A stretch of DNA of 64,000 nt from an uncultured Gemmatimonadales bacterium (GCA_963728915.1 CAVSLV010000001.1:1376001-1440000), one strand, 5' to 3'; positions 49,789-59,202 are shown, counted from the stretch's first letter. Notes: generated from the letters alone by a model not told the origin. A program made the numbers and translations.

Positions 49789-50748
49789 TCACTTTGCTGC
49801 AACCGATCGGGAGCGGACACCGCGTTTCCCGCGCCGGCCCTTTCCGGAAGGCCGGACCACCAGCACGGGCTGGGTGGAGTGACGGATCACCTTGTTGGTC
49901 ACACTCCCGAGCAGCAAGCGTTTGAATCCACTGTAGCCGTGCGTCGTCATGGCGACCAGGTCGAACGATCCCTGGCTGATTTGCTCCAGGATCGTCGCTC
50001 CCGCTCGTGCCCCCGCCACCACGCGGCCCGACGCATTGAGGCCCCGGCGCCGGGCCAGCGCCTCGAACTCGGAGAGCTTCCGCTCCGCCTGGGCCCAGTG
50101 CAGCCGCGCCAGCTCCCCGTCGGCATCCACCGGGTACGGCATGGTGGGGAGGGTAAGGGCCGGGACCGGCTCGACCACGTGCATGGCCGTGATCGCCGGT
50201 CGGAGCCCTAACCCGGCGAGATCGGCGATCGGATCGAGGACCCGGCCGGACTCCGGAGACAGGTCGAGCGGCACCAGGATCCGTCGGCCCGGAATGCCGC
50301 GGGGGGGCGGCCCCCCGGGAAGAAGGAGGACCGGGGCATCGGCGTGGCGAACCACATAGTCGGCCACGCTGCCGAGGCCGAGCCGCCCGAGCGCCCCCCG
50401 GCCATGGGTGGACATCACGATCAGCGCGCCGGGAAGCCTCTGCGCCTCCCGCACGATTACCCGCCCGGCCGCCCCGTCCTCATAGATCACCTTCACCCGG
50501 ATGCGGCCCGCCCTGCGGAGCCGAGCCGCGGTACGCTCGAGATAGGCGCTGTGGCTCCGGTCCAGCTCCTCCATCAGGAGAATGCTGGGGGGTCCGAACT
50601 CCGCGAACGGCGCGAGCCCCTGGGTGGGGTCCTGCACCATGAGCAGGTGGAGCGTCGCGTCGGCGGCCCGCACAATACGACTCGCGATGGGGAGCGCGCG
50701 CTCCGCCACGCGCGAACCATCCAGCGGAACCAGCGCAGAGCGTATCAT
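49789..50748 (-). CDS. Universal stress protein (tandem USP domains)
   Basis: LVPLDGS, MSTHGRG...LGSVAD and MTTHG...LLGSVT motifs. Confidence 0.93.
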   Translation of the reverse strand: MIRSALVPLDGSRVAERALPIASRIVRAADATLHLLMVQDPTQGLAPFAEFGPPSILLMEELDRSHSAYLERTAARLRRAGRIRVKVIYEDGAAGRVIVREAQRLPGALIVMSTHGRGALGRLGLGSVADYVVRHADAPVLLLPGGPPPRGIPGRRILVPLDLSPESGRVLDPIADLAGLGLRPAITAMHVVEPVPALTLPTMPYPVDADGELARLHWAQAERKLSEFEALARRRGLNASGRVVAGARAGATILEQISQGSFDLVAMTTHGYSGFKRLLLGSVTNKVIRHSTQPVLVVRPSGKGRRGKRGVRSRSVAAK

Positions 50749-50796
50749 GTCCTTCCTCCTGTTCGAGGACGGGTCAGGAAGAAGCCAGTCACACCA

Positions 50797-52071
50797 TCAC
50801 CCCGGAAGCAGCCGGGAGAGAAGCCAGAGCCCCGCGACCCCGGCCACCGCCTGCGCCGCGAGGCCAGCCAGCACGAGCCACCGGAATCGACGGACTCCGA
50901 GAATCACCGCCAGCGCTCCCTTGAAGAGGCTGTTCACGATGACCCCGAGGGTGATCGCACGGGCCGCGAGACCGATCAGATCGGAAGACTCGGCGAGTCG
51001 GTTCATGCCGAAGGTCAGTGCGTCCATGTCGGTGAGTCCCAGCACGGCCGCCGAGGCCATCACCCCAGACTCGCCAAACTGGTGCCGCATGATCGCAAGG
51101 AGGAACAGAACCACTTGGAAGGCCACCGCCATCTGGATCGCAGATCTGAGCTGCAGCGGGTTTTGGGGCCCTGGCGGCGACTCGCTCGGCGCGGTGCTCC
51201 GCAGGGAGCGCCACGCCAGCAGAATGAGGACCACTCCGGCGGCAAAGATCGGGGCGAGTCCCAGGGCCGCGGAGGGGAGGAGGGCCGCATTCAGAATCAG
51301 GGTGACGACCAGAATCCGAGGCACCAGGACCGTGGAAGCCGCCACCGTCCCGATCGCCAGCGGGATGGCATTCCCGGCATCCCGGCGGCTTTGCCGCGCG
51401 AAATTGAAGGTCACCGCCGTGGAGGAGACCAACCCGCCCAAGGCGCCGAGCAACGGGTATCCCCGAGCCCCGGCAGACTTGCGCGCCAGATAGCCCAGAA
51501 AGTTGAGACCTGAAAAGAGCAACACCACAATCCAGAGGGCACGAGGCCTGATGCTGTCGTACGGTCCATAGGGCCCCGCCGGCAGCAGTGGAAGAATGAC
51601 CAACGCCAGGACCGCGAACTGGAGCGCGGCCCGCATTTCCTGCTGGCCGATCCGGTGAATGAACTGCCGGATGACCTCCTTTTCGCCCAGCGCGAGGACC
51701 GCCACGGCCGCCGCCCCGCTCGCGAGACGGAGATGACCGACCCCGGCGAGAAGCCCAATGCCGAGCACCAGCAGGGCCGCCGCCTCGGTAGTGCCGTCTA
51801 TGGATTCAGGACTGCGGCGGGCGGCGAGAACGTAGGCGGCGATGATGAGTCCGCCGGTCGAGAGGAGCAATGCCGTGGCGACGATGGGCTCTCCAATATC
51901 CACGAGCCAGCCGGCCACTCCTGCAATGGCGCCGAGAAGAAAGAAAGTCCGGACCCCGGCGAATCGAGCACCGGGACCGGACGCATGGCCTGACCACTCC
52001 CGTTCGACCCCAACCGCCATTCCGGCCAGGGCAGCGATGCCAAGCCGGATGACCAGCTCCCCCTCTCCCAT
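50797..52071 (-). CDS. MgtC/SapB plus DUF4010 membrane protein
   Basis: GVEREW...AGVRTF, GTTE.A, GGLVSSTAVT and GLTDMDA motifs. Confidence 0.9.
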   Translation of the reverse strand: MGEGELVIRLGIAALAGMAVGVEREWSGHASGPGARFAGVRTFFLLGAIAGVAGWLVDIGEPIVATALLLSTGGLIIAAYVLAARRSPESIDGTTEAAALLVLGIGLLAGVGHLRLASGAAAVAVLALGEKEVIRQFIHRIGQQEMRAALQFAVLALVILPLLPAGPYGPYDSIRPRALWIVVLLFSGLNFLGYLARKSAGARGYPLLGALGGLVSSTAVTFNFARQSRRDAGNAIPLAIGTVAASTVLVPRILVVTLILNAALLPSAALGLAPIFAAGVVLILLAWRSLRSTAPSESPPGPQNPLQLRSAIQMAVAFQVVLFLLAIMRHQFGESGVMASAAVLGLTDMDALTFGMNRLAESSDLIGLAARAITLGVIVNSLFKGALAVILGVRRFRWLVLAGLAAQAVAGVAGLWLLSRLLPG

Positions 52072-52084
52072 CCCGGTCCCCGCT

Positions 52085-52837
52085 CTAGATAGGGACCGTG
52101 AGAATCGCTATCGGGGCTCTCCGGAGCAAGTCCCTGCCCACATGTCCCGAGCCCGCATCGCCCAGGGGGCCACCGCGACGAACCCCGACGACCAGCAGGT
52201 CCGCCCTGGCCCGCTCCGCTTCGGCAAGAATGTTTTCGACCGGCAACCCGGTGCGAACCTCCAGGCGGGCGGAGGTACCGAGCGAAGGGAATCCACCGAG
52301 GGCGTGGCGCAGCCGTTGCTCCGGAGCGGTGGAGAAGGGATCGGGAGCCACATGCACCGCGCTGAGGGACAGCGAGAAGAGCTCCGCAAAGGCAGCGGCC
52401 CAGGCGATCGTGCCGAGCCCTCGCAGGGTGCCGTCAAGGGCGAGGAGCATGCGGTGAACTTCATCGACCCCCGGGGGAATCAACAAACACGGTTTTTCGA
52501 GTCGCCGAAGCACCACCTCAATCGTGCTTCCCAGCGCTTCGCTCGGATCGACACGGGGTCGCCGGCCGATCACCACCAGGTCGGCTCCCCAATCGCTCGC
52601 GGCTCGGGCAATCTCGATACCGGGAATTCCGTGGGAGGACACCCGGTCGCGAGAAAGAAGCATCGGCTCGGGACCCGCTTCGAGCGGATAGCCCGGCACT
52701 CCATTGGTCGCCACACCCAACACCCGGTAGCTCGCCTGGGCTCGGTGTGCCAGCCGCTCGGCGAATTGGACCGCATGCTGCCCCACCTCGGACCCATTGG
52801 CGGCGGCGAGCACCCGGGTCAGATGATCGGCGGCCAC
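52085..52837 (-). CDS. Universal stress protein (degenerate tandem USP)
   Basis: ADLVVIG...LGST and ADLLVVG...GHVGRDLLRRAP. Confidence 0.82.
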   Translation of the reverse strand: MAADHLTRVLAAANGSEVGQHAVQFAERLAHRAQASYRVLGVATNGVPGYPLEAGPEPMLLSRDRVSSHGIPGIEIARAASDWGADLVVIGRRPRVDPSEALGSTIEVVLRRLEKPCLLIPPGVDEVHRMLLALDGTLRGLGTIAWAAAFAELFSLSLSAVHVAPDPFSTAPEQRLRHALGGFPSLGTSARLEVRTGLPVENILAEAERARADLLVVGVRRGGPLGDAGSGHVGRDLLRRAPIAILTVPI

Positions 52838-52878
52838 GTCAGCTCCTCATGCATGTGGAAGAGCTAAGGGGATTGGCG

Positions 52879-52905
52879 TGAAAGTCCGGTGAAGGTTCTG
52901 TGAGG
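52879..52905 (-). promoter_or_regulatory. Triple direct repeat TGAAA/TGAAG/TGAGG, 11-bp period, in the usp/kinase divergent region
   Basis: Units start at 52879, 52890 and 52901, each preceded by G. Confidence 0.6.
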
Positions 52906-52931
52906 GGAGGTTTGGAGGTTAGAATTTCCTT

Positions 52932-54161
52932 GTGCAAGCGCGACTCGAACGACTGGTGCGGGAGTTTCCGGCGCTCGTGGCGGAGATCCGCCACGAGCAG
53001 GTCCTCCAGCAGGTGGCGGTCCTGGCGGCTGAAGTCCTCGGCGCCCGCTACGCGGCGGTCGGCCTGCTCAACCCTGACGGACAGACCCTGGAGAGCTTCA
53101 CGGTTTCCGGGTTAACCCGAGAACAGATCGAGGGGATAGGCTCCCTGCCGCTGGGCCGTGGGATCCTTGGCTTGCTGATCCGGGAGGGCCGGCCCATCCG
53201 GCTCGCCGACCTCTCGCAGCATCCCGCCTCGACCGGATTCCCGGCGCACCATCCCCCGATGCACTCCTTTCTCGGCGTCCCCATCCCGGGTGCGCATGGG
53301 ATCATCGGAGAGCTCTATCTCACCGAAAAGATCGGTGCCAATGAGTTCACTCCGGAGGATGAATACCTCGCAAGCCTCCTGGCCCTGGTGATCGGTTCCG
53401 CGGTCGAGAACGCCCGCCTGCACACCGAGCGAACCCGGCTGCTCGAAGAGGTGCAGCTGCTGCACCGCTCCCGGGAGCGCTTCTTCGCCATGGTGAACCA
53501 CGAGCTCAGGAACTCCCTTGCGGCGGTGTATGGTTGGGCCGAAATCATGGTGCGCAGGAAGGAGCGCCACGAGGTTCCCAAAGCGGCGTTCGAGATCCTG
53601 GATTCCGCCGAGCAGGCGGTCGGACTGATCAGCGATCTCCTCGACCTGAGCCGGCTCGACGAAGACCGGCTGAAGCCGGTGATCCGGAGGACCGAATGCG
53701 GGGCGGTCCTCCGGTCGGCGGTCCAGCGGGTCCTTCCTCAGGCTCAGGAGCGTGGGATCGGGTTCGAAATCGAAACCCCTTCGGAAGGCCTGCTCTGCAA
53801 TACCGACGGGCACCGGGTCGAGCAAATCCTCATCAACCTGCTTCGAAATGCAGTGCGGCATTCCGTCGAGTCCGCACCGGTCGAAGTCCGGCTCACATCG
53901 CAGGATGAACTGGTCACCTTTGAGGTCTCCAACCAGGGTGAGGGCATCAACCCGGAGGACGCCGAACAGATCTTCGACATCTATGTAACGAGCGCCGGCG
54001 AGGACCAGGCCGGGCACGGTCTGGGGCTCCCACTCTCCCGGCGGCTGGCCAGATTGCTCGGAGGAGATCTGATGGCGGTCCCGACCTCGACTGGGGGCCG
54101 ATTCGTGCTCCGGCTGCCGGCAGCACCATCTAGCTATGAAGAGGCTTTCATAGTTTCTTGA
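52932..54161 (+). CDS. Cytoplasmic sensor histidine kinase: DosS/DosT-like GAF plus HisKA and HATPase
   Basis: GRGILGLLI..GRPIRLADLSQHPASTGFPAHHPPMHSFLGVPI...GELYLTEK; H-box NHELRNSL; NLLRNA; GHGLGL; no TM helix. Confidence 0.92.
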   Translation: MQARLERLVREFPALVAEIRHEQVLQQVAVLAAEVLGARYAAVGLLNPDGQTLESFTVSGLTREQIEGIGSLPLGRGILGLLIREGRPIRLADLSQHPASTGFPAHHPPMHSFLGVPIPGAHGIIGELYLTEKIGANEFTPEDEYLASLLALVIGSAVENARLHTERTRLLEEVQLLHRSRERFFAMVNHELRNSLAAVYGWAEIMVRRKERHEVPKAAFEILDSAEQAVGLISDLLDLSRLDEDRLKPVIRRTECGAVLRSAVQRVLPQAQERGIGFEIETPSEGLLCNTDGHRVEQILINLLRNAVRHSVESAPVEVRLTSQDELVTFEVSNQGEGINPEDAEQIFDIYVTSAGEDQAGHGLGLPLSRRLARLLGGDLMAVPTSTGGRFVLRLPAAPSSYEEAFIVS

Positions 54162-54197
54162 GTCGGGATTCAAGGCCAACCTTTACCTTTTCCAGCC

Positions 54198-54902
54198 ATG
54201 AAAGTCCTGGTGGTGGAGGACGACCGGAAGGTCGCCGGGTTCATCGAGCAGGGTCTGACCGAGGAAGGCTACGTCGTGGACATCGCACCGGACGGCGATG
54301 AAGCGACGATGCTTGCTCACGTCTACCAGTACGACGTGATTCTTCTGGACATCATCCTCCCCAAAAAGAACGGGTTCCAGGTCGCCGCCGAGCTCCGGCG
54401 CGAAGGCCGGAAGACCCCCATTCTCATGCTCACCTCGCGCGACGCGGTCGAGGACGTGGTACGGGGTCTCGATGCCGGAGCGGACGACTACCTCGCGAAA
54501 CCGTTCCGCTTCGAGGAGCTGCTCGCCCGGGTCCGGGCTCTGCTGCGGCGGGGTGGCGCGGAGCGCATGGAGGTGCTCCGGTTCGGCGACATCGCGATGG
54601 ACCGGCTCCGCCATACCGTCACGATCGGGGAGAAAAAGCTCGACCTCACCGCCAAGGAATTCCAGCTGCTCGAGTTCTTTCTGCTCCACTGCGACGAGGT
54701 CGTCCGGCGCACTACGCTGCTCGAGAAGGTCTGGGACATGCATTTCGATCCCGAGAGCAACGTGGTGGATGTTCACGTCGGGAATCTTCGCCGCAAGCTC
54801 GCCAAACTGACCGACCAGGTCCACATCGAAACTGTCCGGGGAGTCGGGTTCACGCTCCGGAAGCCCGACTCGAAGAACACCGCCTCGGCGAACTCCGTGT
54901 GA
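54198..54902 (+). CDS. OmpR/PhoB-family response regulator (CusR-like)
   Basis: VVEDD, LLDII and GADDYLAKPF; wHTH LTAKEFQLL...SNVVDVHV..LRRKL...TVRGVGF. Confidence 0.95.
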   Translation: MKVLVVEDDRKVAGFIEQGLTEEGYVVDIAPDGDEATMLAHVYQYDVILLDIILPKKNGFQVAAELRREGRKTPILMLTSRDAVEDVVRGLDAGADDYLAKPFRFEELLARVRALLRRGGAERMEVLRFGDIAMDRLRHTVTIGEKKLDLTAKEFQLLEFFLLHCDEVVRRTTLLEKVWDMHFDPESNVVDVHVGNLRRKLAKLTDQVHIETVRGVGFTLRKPDSKNTASANSV

Positions 54903-56770
54903 AGCCCACCGGCCGGATTCTCCTCCGGCCGGCCCTTGCTCTGGCGGTCCTGCTCGCCGGAGCGACCGTCCGGCTCGGATTCCACCGTTCCGATGCCGCC
55001 CATCTCGTCTGGCTCATCGGCCTCTGGGCGATCGGACTGCCCCTTCTGGTGCAGACGGGCCTGGGAGTGCTCCGGGGCCGGTTCGCGGCCGACCTGGTCG
55101 CGGCCCTCGCCATCATCGGCGCCATGGCGCTCGACCAGCCATTCGCCGGTCTGGTCATCGTCCTGATGCAGACCGGGGGCGAGGCGCTGGAGCACTACGC
55201 GGAGCGGCGGGCCACCCAGGCGGTCCGCCAGCTCGAGGCGGAAGCGCCCCGATACGCGCACCTCATTGAAGAGCCGGACCATCGGATACGCGATGTGGAG
55301 ACTTCCTCGGTTGCGGTCGGAGACCTGCTCCTGGTGCGCCCGGGCGAGATGGTGCCCTGTGATGGAACGGTTGCCTCGGGCACGGCCCAGACCGACGTTG
55401 CCCGGCTCACCGGTGAGCCCCTGCCGGTGCGGGTAGGCGCCGGGGCGACGGTGCGCTCGGGAACCCTGGTGCTCGATAGCCCGCTCGACCTCCGGGTCTC
55501 GGCGCGGGCGGAAGCGAGCCTCTATGCTCGAATCGTCGAGCTGGTGCGCAACGCGCAGGCCAGCAAGGCCCCGCTCCAGCGGGTCGCGGATCGATACGCC
55601 GTCTGGTTTACCCCGTTCACCATCGCCATCGCGCTCGCGGCATGGGCCATCTCCGGGGATCCCCTCCGTCTGCTCGCGGTGCTGGTGGTCGCCACCCCCT
55701 GTCCGCTGATCCTCGCCACCCCGGTCGCCATCATCGGCGGAATCAACCGCGCCGCGCGCCGCCAGATCATCATGCGGCACGGGGGCGCCCTGGAGGCGCT
55801 CGCCTCGATCGATGCGGCCGTCTTCGACAAGACCGGCACCCTGACCGTCGGGCAGCCGACGGTGGCGGAAGTGCTGGGCGCACCTCCATTCACGGAACGC
55901 ACCCTGCTGATCCTCGCGGCCGGCCTCGAGCAGCGATCGGGACACCTGCTGGCACGAGCGGTGGTGGATGAGGCGACGCGCCGGGGGATCGCGATCCCCG
56001 AGGCCCTCGAGGTTCGCGAGGTCCCAGGCCGGGGAGTGGAGGGAATGGTGGATGGACGACGGGTCCTGGTCGGCGCCTTGAGTCTCGTCAGGGAACGCGA
56101 GCCGGAGGCCGCGGCGCTCCTCGCCGGTCTCCATGACGGGCGCGCTGCGCTTCGGGCCTACGTCATAGTGGACGGGAAGGCCGGCGGCAGTATCACCTAT
56201 GCAGACCGGCTTCGCCCCATGGCTGCCCAGACCATCGAGCGCCTTCGCCGGCTGGGGGTCACCAAGATCGCACTCCTGTCGGGGGATCATGCCGAGAACG
56301 TTGCCGAGGTGGCGAACCAGGTCGGCATCGAGGATGTCCATGCCGATCTCCTTCCGGAGGACAAGGTTCGTTTCGCTCGACGGCTTCTCGATGAGGGAAG
56401 ACGGGTGCTGATGGTCGGGGATGGCATCAACGACGCTCCCGCCCTCTCCACCGCTACGGTGGGCCTGGCGCTGGCCGCCCACGGCGCCTCGCAATCGGGA
56501 GGCGGTGTCATTGCGGAAGCCGCCGATGTGGTGCTGCTAGTGGACCGCCTCGACCGGGTTCCGGAGGCGTTGACCATCGGTCGCCGGACCATGCGAATCG
56601 CGCGACAGAGCATTGTCGCCGGGCTGGGCTTGAGCGGGGCGGCGATGCTGGTGGCGGCGCTGGGCTATCTGCCTCCTGCCGCGGGGGCGCTCGCGCAGGA
56701 GGCCGTGGATGTCGCGGTCATCCTCAATGCGCTCCGGACGACCATGAACGGAGCTTCAGAGGAATCATAG
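54899..56770 (+). CDS. Heavy-metal P1B-type ATPase (P1B-5-like)
   Basis: LTGE, ATPCPL, DKTGTLT, GDGINDAPAL and QEAVDVAVILNALR motifs. Confidence 0.9.
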   Translation: MKPTGRILLRPALALAVLLAGATVRLGFHRSDAAHLVWLIGLWAIGLPLLVQTGLGVLRGRFAADLVAALAIIGAMALDQPFAGLVIVLMQTGGEALEHYAERRATQAVRQLEAEAPRYAHLIEEPDHRIRDVETSSVAVGDLLLVRPGEMVPCDGTVASGTAQTDVARLTGEPLPVRVGAGATVRSGTLVLDSPLDLRVSARAEASLYARIVELVRNAQASKAPLQRVADRYAVWFTPFTIAIALAAWAISGDPLRLLAVLVVATPCPLILATPVAIIGGINRAARRQIIMRHGGALEALASIDAAVFDKTGTLTVGQPTVAEVLGAPPFTERTLLILAAGLEQRSGHLLARAVVDEATRRGIAIPEALEVREVPGRGVEGMVDGRRVLVGALSLVREREPEAAALLAGLHDGRAALRAYVIVDGKAGGSITYADRLRPMAAQTIERLRRLGVTKIALLSGDHAENVAEVANQVGIEDVHADLLPEDKVRFARRLLDEGRRVLMVGDGINDAPALSTATVGLALAAHGASQSGGGVIAEAADVVLLVDRLDRVPEALTIGRRTMRIARQSIVAGLGLSGAAMLVAALGYLPPAAGALAQEAVDVAVILNALRTTMNGASEES

Positions 56771-56824
56771 AAATTCTTCAGGTATATTCTCCGAAATTGT
56801 CGGCTTCTTCCACCCAACAGACCA

Positions 56825-56956
56825 ATGACTGAACCGCTTCCCAGGCACCCGAAGGGCACCTTCGCCTTCCTGCTCGTGTACGCGATTCTGTTCGTCGCGG
56901 GCTGGATGGCGATCTACACCTACATCTATTTGAGCCGCGGCGGGGTGAGCCAATGA
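56825..56956 (+). CDS. cbaD: ba3-type cytochrome c oxidase subunit IIa (43 aa; not in the ORF track)
   Basis: MTEPLPRHPKGTFAFLLVYAILFVAGWMAIYTYIYLSRGGVSQ; PKG...W...RG pattern; ATGA overlap with subunit II. Confidence 0.8.
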   Translation: MTEPLPRHPKGTFAFLLVYAILFVAGWMAIYTYIYLSRGGVSQ

Positions 56957-57483
56957 AGACCGACCTCTACGAGCGGATCTGGGGATGGGGGGTCGGCGTG
57001 ATGCTGCTCTTCTTCTTCGGCTCCCTGGCCAACGCGTCGATCCGGCACGGCTTTCACCCCCCCTCGCACGTCGAGACCATCGACCCCCGGAAGGTGTTTC
57101 AAAGCGAGGAGTTCCGGAAACAGGGGGTGAGCGTGGACGCCGCGGGGGCGGTTCACGTGACCATGATCGGGATGATGTTCACCTGGTTGCCGGGGGAGAT
57201 GGTGCTTCCCGCCGGGACGCCGGTCACCTTTCACCTGACCTCGGTCGACGTGATCCATGGATTCGAAATCGTCCGGACCAACGGACAATCCATGGTGATT
57301 CCGGGTTATGTGAGCCAGTTCACCACCACGTTCAAGCCGGGCGAGTACCTCATCGCCTGCAACGAGTACTGCGGTCTGGGCCACCATACCATGTCCGCCA
57401 AGCTCCGGGTGGTGCCCCGAGCCGAGTGGAAAGCCCCCGAGGTTGCCGCGCCGGCGACAGGAGGCGACCATGCCACGCACTAA
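56953..57483 (+). CDS. cbaB: ba3-type cytochrome c oxidase subunit II
   Basis: Single TM helix; DVIHGF; CuA motif CNEYCGLGHHTM. Confidence 0.93.
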   Translation: MKTDLYERIWGWGVGVMLLFFFGSLANASIRHGFHPPSHVETIDPRKVFQSEEFRKQGVSVDAAGAVHVTMIGMMFTWLPGEMVLPAGTPVTFHLTSVDVIHGFEIVRTNGQSMVIPGYVSQFTTTFKPGEYLIACNEYCGLGHHTMSAKLRVVPRAEWKAPEVAAPATGGDHATH

Positions 57484-59095
57484 CCGGCTGATCCTGGCCC
57501 ATCTCTGGGTCGCGATCCTCGCGTTCGGGGTCGCGGCTTGCATGGCGGTGATGCAGGCGATCTCCCGCGCCAATCTGGAGGTGCCCTACCGCTCGGCCCG
57601 GATGTACTACATGTCGGTGACCGCGCACGGCGTTCTGATGGCGCTGGTTTTCACCACCTTCTTCATCATGGCCCTGGGGTATGCCGTGGCCCAGCGGGAA
57701 AACGGCGACGTCAGATTTCCCAGGCTGGCGTGGGCGATGTGGGGGCTCGCGGTCGTCGGGGTGATCGCCGCGGTCTGGGCGATTCTCAGCTTCAAGGCCA
57801 GCGTGCTGTACACCTTCTACCCTCCCCTCCAGGCGCACCCGGCGTTCTACATCGGGCTCACCCTGGTGGTGGTCGCGTCGTGGGGCTGGTGCTTCAACAT
57901 GATCGCCTCCTGGCGGGAGTCCCAGAAACGGAACGGCGAGCGGCCCACCAGCCTGGCGATGCATGGCACGGTCGCGAACGCCCTGCTCTGGCTGCTGGCC
58001 ACGATCGGGGTCGCCACGGAGATGCTCTTTCAGCTCATCCCATGGTCGCTCGGCCTCACCAAGACCGTGGATCCGCTCCTGGCCCGGACGCTCTTCTGGT
58101 TCTTCGGTCATCCCCTGGTGTATTTCTGGCTCCTGCCGGCCTATGTCATCTGGTACGCCCTCACCCCGAGAGAGGCCGGTGGCAAGCTCTTTTCCGAGCC
58201 CCTGGCCCGGATGACCTTCGCGCTGTTTCTGATTCTCTCGACCCCGGTGGGGTTGCATCACCAGTACCAGGACCCCGGAATCTCGGCGGGGTGGAAGCTG
58301 TTCCATACCTTCAACACCATGGCGATTTCGTTTCCCAGCCTCATGACCGCCTTCACGGTGGTCGCCTCGCTCGAGGTGGCCGGCCGACTCCGCGGCGGGA
58401 AAGGACTGTTCGGGTGGATCCGCACCTTGCCCTGGGGAAATCCGGTGGTCTCGTCGGTCCTGCTGGCGGGACTGCTCTTCATGGTGGGCGGCTTCGGGGG
58501 AGCGATCAACGGCGCGTACCAGCTCAATTCGGTCGTGCATAACACGGCCTGGGTGACCTCGCACTTTCACCTCACGGTGGGAAGCGCGGCGGCCCTCACC
58601 TTCATGGGAGCGTGCTACTACCTGGTGCCCAGGATCAGCGGGCGTTCCCTCGAGCTCGGGCTGCTCGCCAAAGTGCAGCCCTACCTCTGGTTCCTCGGCA
58701 TGGTGCTCTTCTCCTTCACCGGCCACATCGCCGGGCTGCTCGGGCTCCCCCGGCGGGTGTTCAGCACCGACTACTCCGGGGCAACCCAGGCGCAGGCCTG
58801 GCACGGGCTCACCACCATCTCTGCCGTGGGCGGCATCGTCCTGTTCGCGAGCGCCGGGTTCTTCGTCCTGACGATGCTGGGCACCCTGCTGGCGGGAACG
58901 AAGGGCACGCCGGTCCCGATCGAGTGGGCCGAGCCGCTGGAGGCGCCCGAAGGCGGCTTCAAGCGGACCATCTGGGACCGGCTCGGGCTCTGGTTCGTCA
59001 TCGCGGCCGTGCTGGCCGCCATCGCCTACGCGATGCCGCTCTGGGATCTCCTCCACCTCCACCGGTTCGGGAGTCCGGGATTCAAACCGTTCTAG
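57470..59095 (+). CDS. cbaA: ba3-type (family B) cytochrome c oxidase subunit I
   Basis: TAHGVLMA, LFWFFGHPLVYFW, GLHHQY, SHFHL and G.PRR motifs. Confidence 0.95.
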   Translation: MPRTNRLILAHLWVAILAFGVAACMAVMQAISRANLEVPYRSARMYYMSVTAHGVLMALVFTTFFIMALGYAVAQRENGDVRFPRLAWAMWGLAVVGVIAAVWAILSFKASVLYTFYPPLQAHPAFYIGLTLVVVASWGWCFNMIASWRESQKRNGERPTSLAMHGTVANALLWLLATIGVATEMLFQLIPWSLGLTKTVDPLLARTLFWFFGHPLVYFWLLPAYVIWYALTPREAGGKLFSEPLARMTFALFLILSTPVGLHHQYQDPGISAGWKLFHTFNTMAISFPSLMTAFTVVASLEVAGRLRGGKGLFGWIRTLPWGNPVVSSVLLAGLLFMVGGFGGAINGAYQLNSVVHNTAWVTSHFHLTVGSAAALTFMGACYYLVPRISGRSLELGLLAKVQPYLWFLGMVLFSFTGHIAGLLGLPRRVFSTDYSGATQAQAWHGLTTISAVGGIVLFASAGFFVLTMLGTLLAGTKGTPVPIEWAEPLEAPEGGFKRTIWDRLGLWFVIAAVLAAIAYAMPLWDLLHLHRFGSPGFKPF

Positions 59096-59202
59096 CGGGT
59101 TAGCAACGCAATCCCCGTTCGGGGAATCAGATCTTCAGGTGGCCGAGCTTCAGGCGTTGAAAGCCTCGGTGTAGTTCTTGCTGATTTTTAGGCAGGATCC
59201 CG

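Noticed and set aside
28453..59095. Island as an integrative mobile element
   Set aside because: No integrase, transposase, att repeats or obvious composition shift seen
59133..59152. CTTCAGG repeated twice upstream of the S41 peptidase as another regulator box
   Set aside because: Spacing is 15 bp rather than 11 or 22, so it does not fit the other sites
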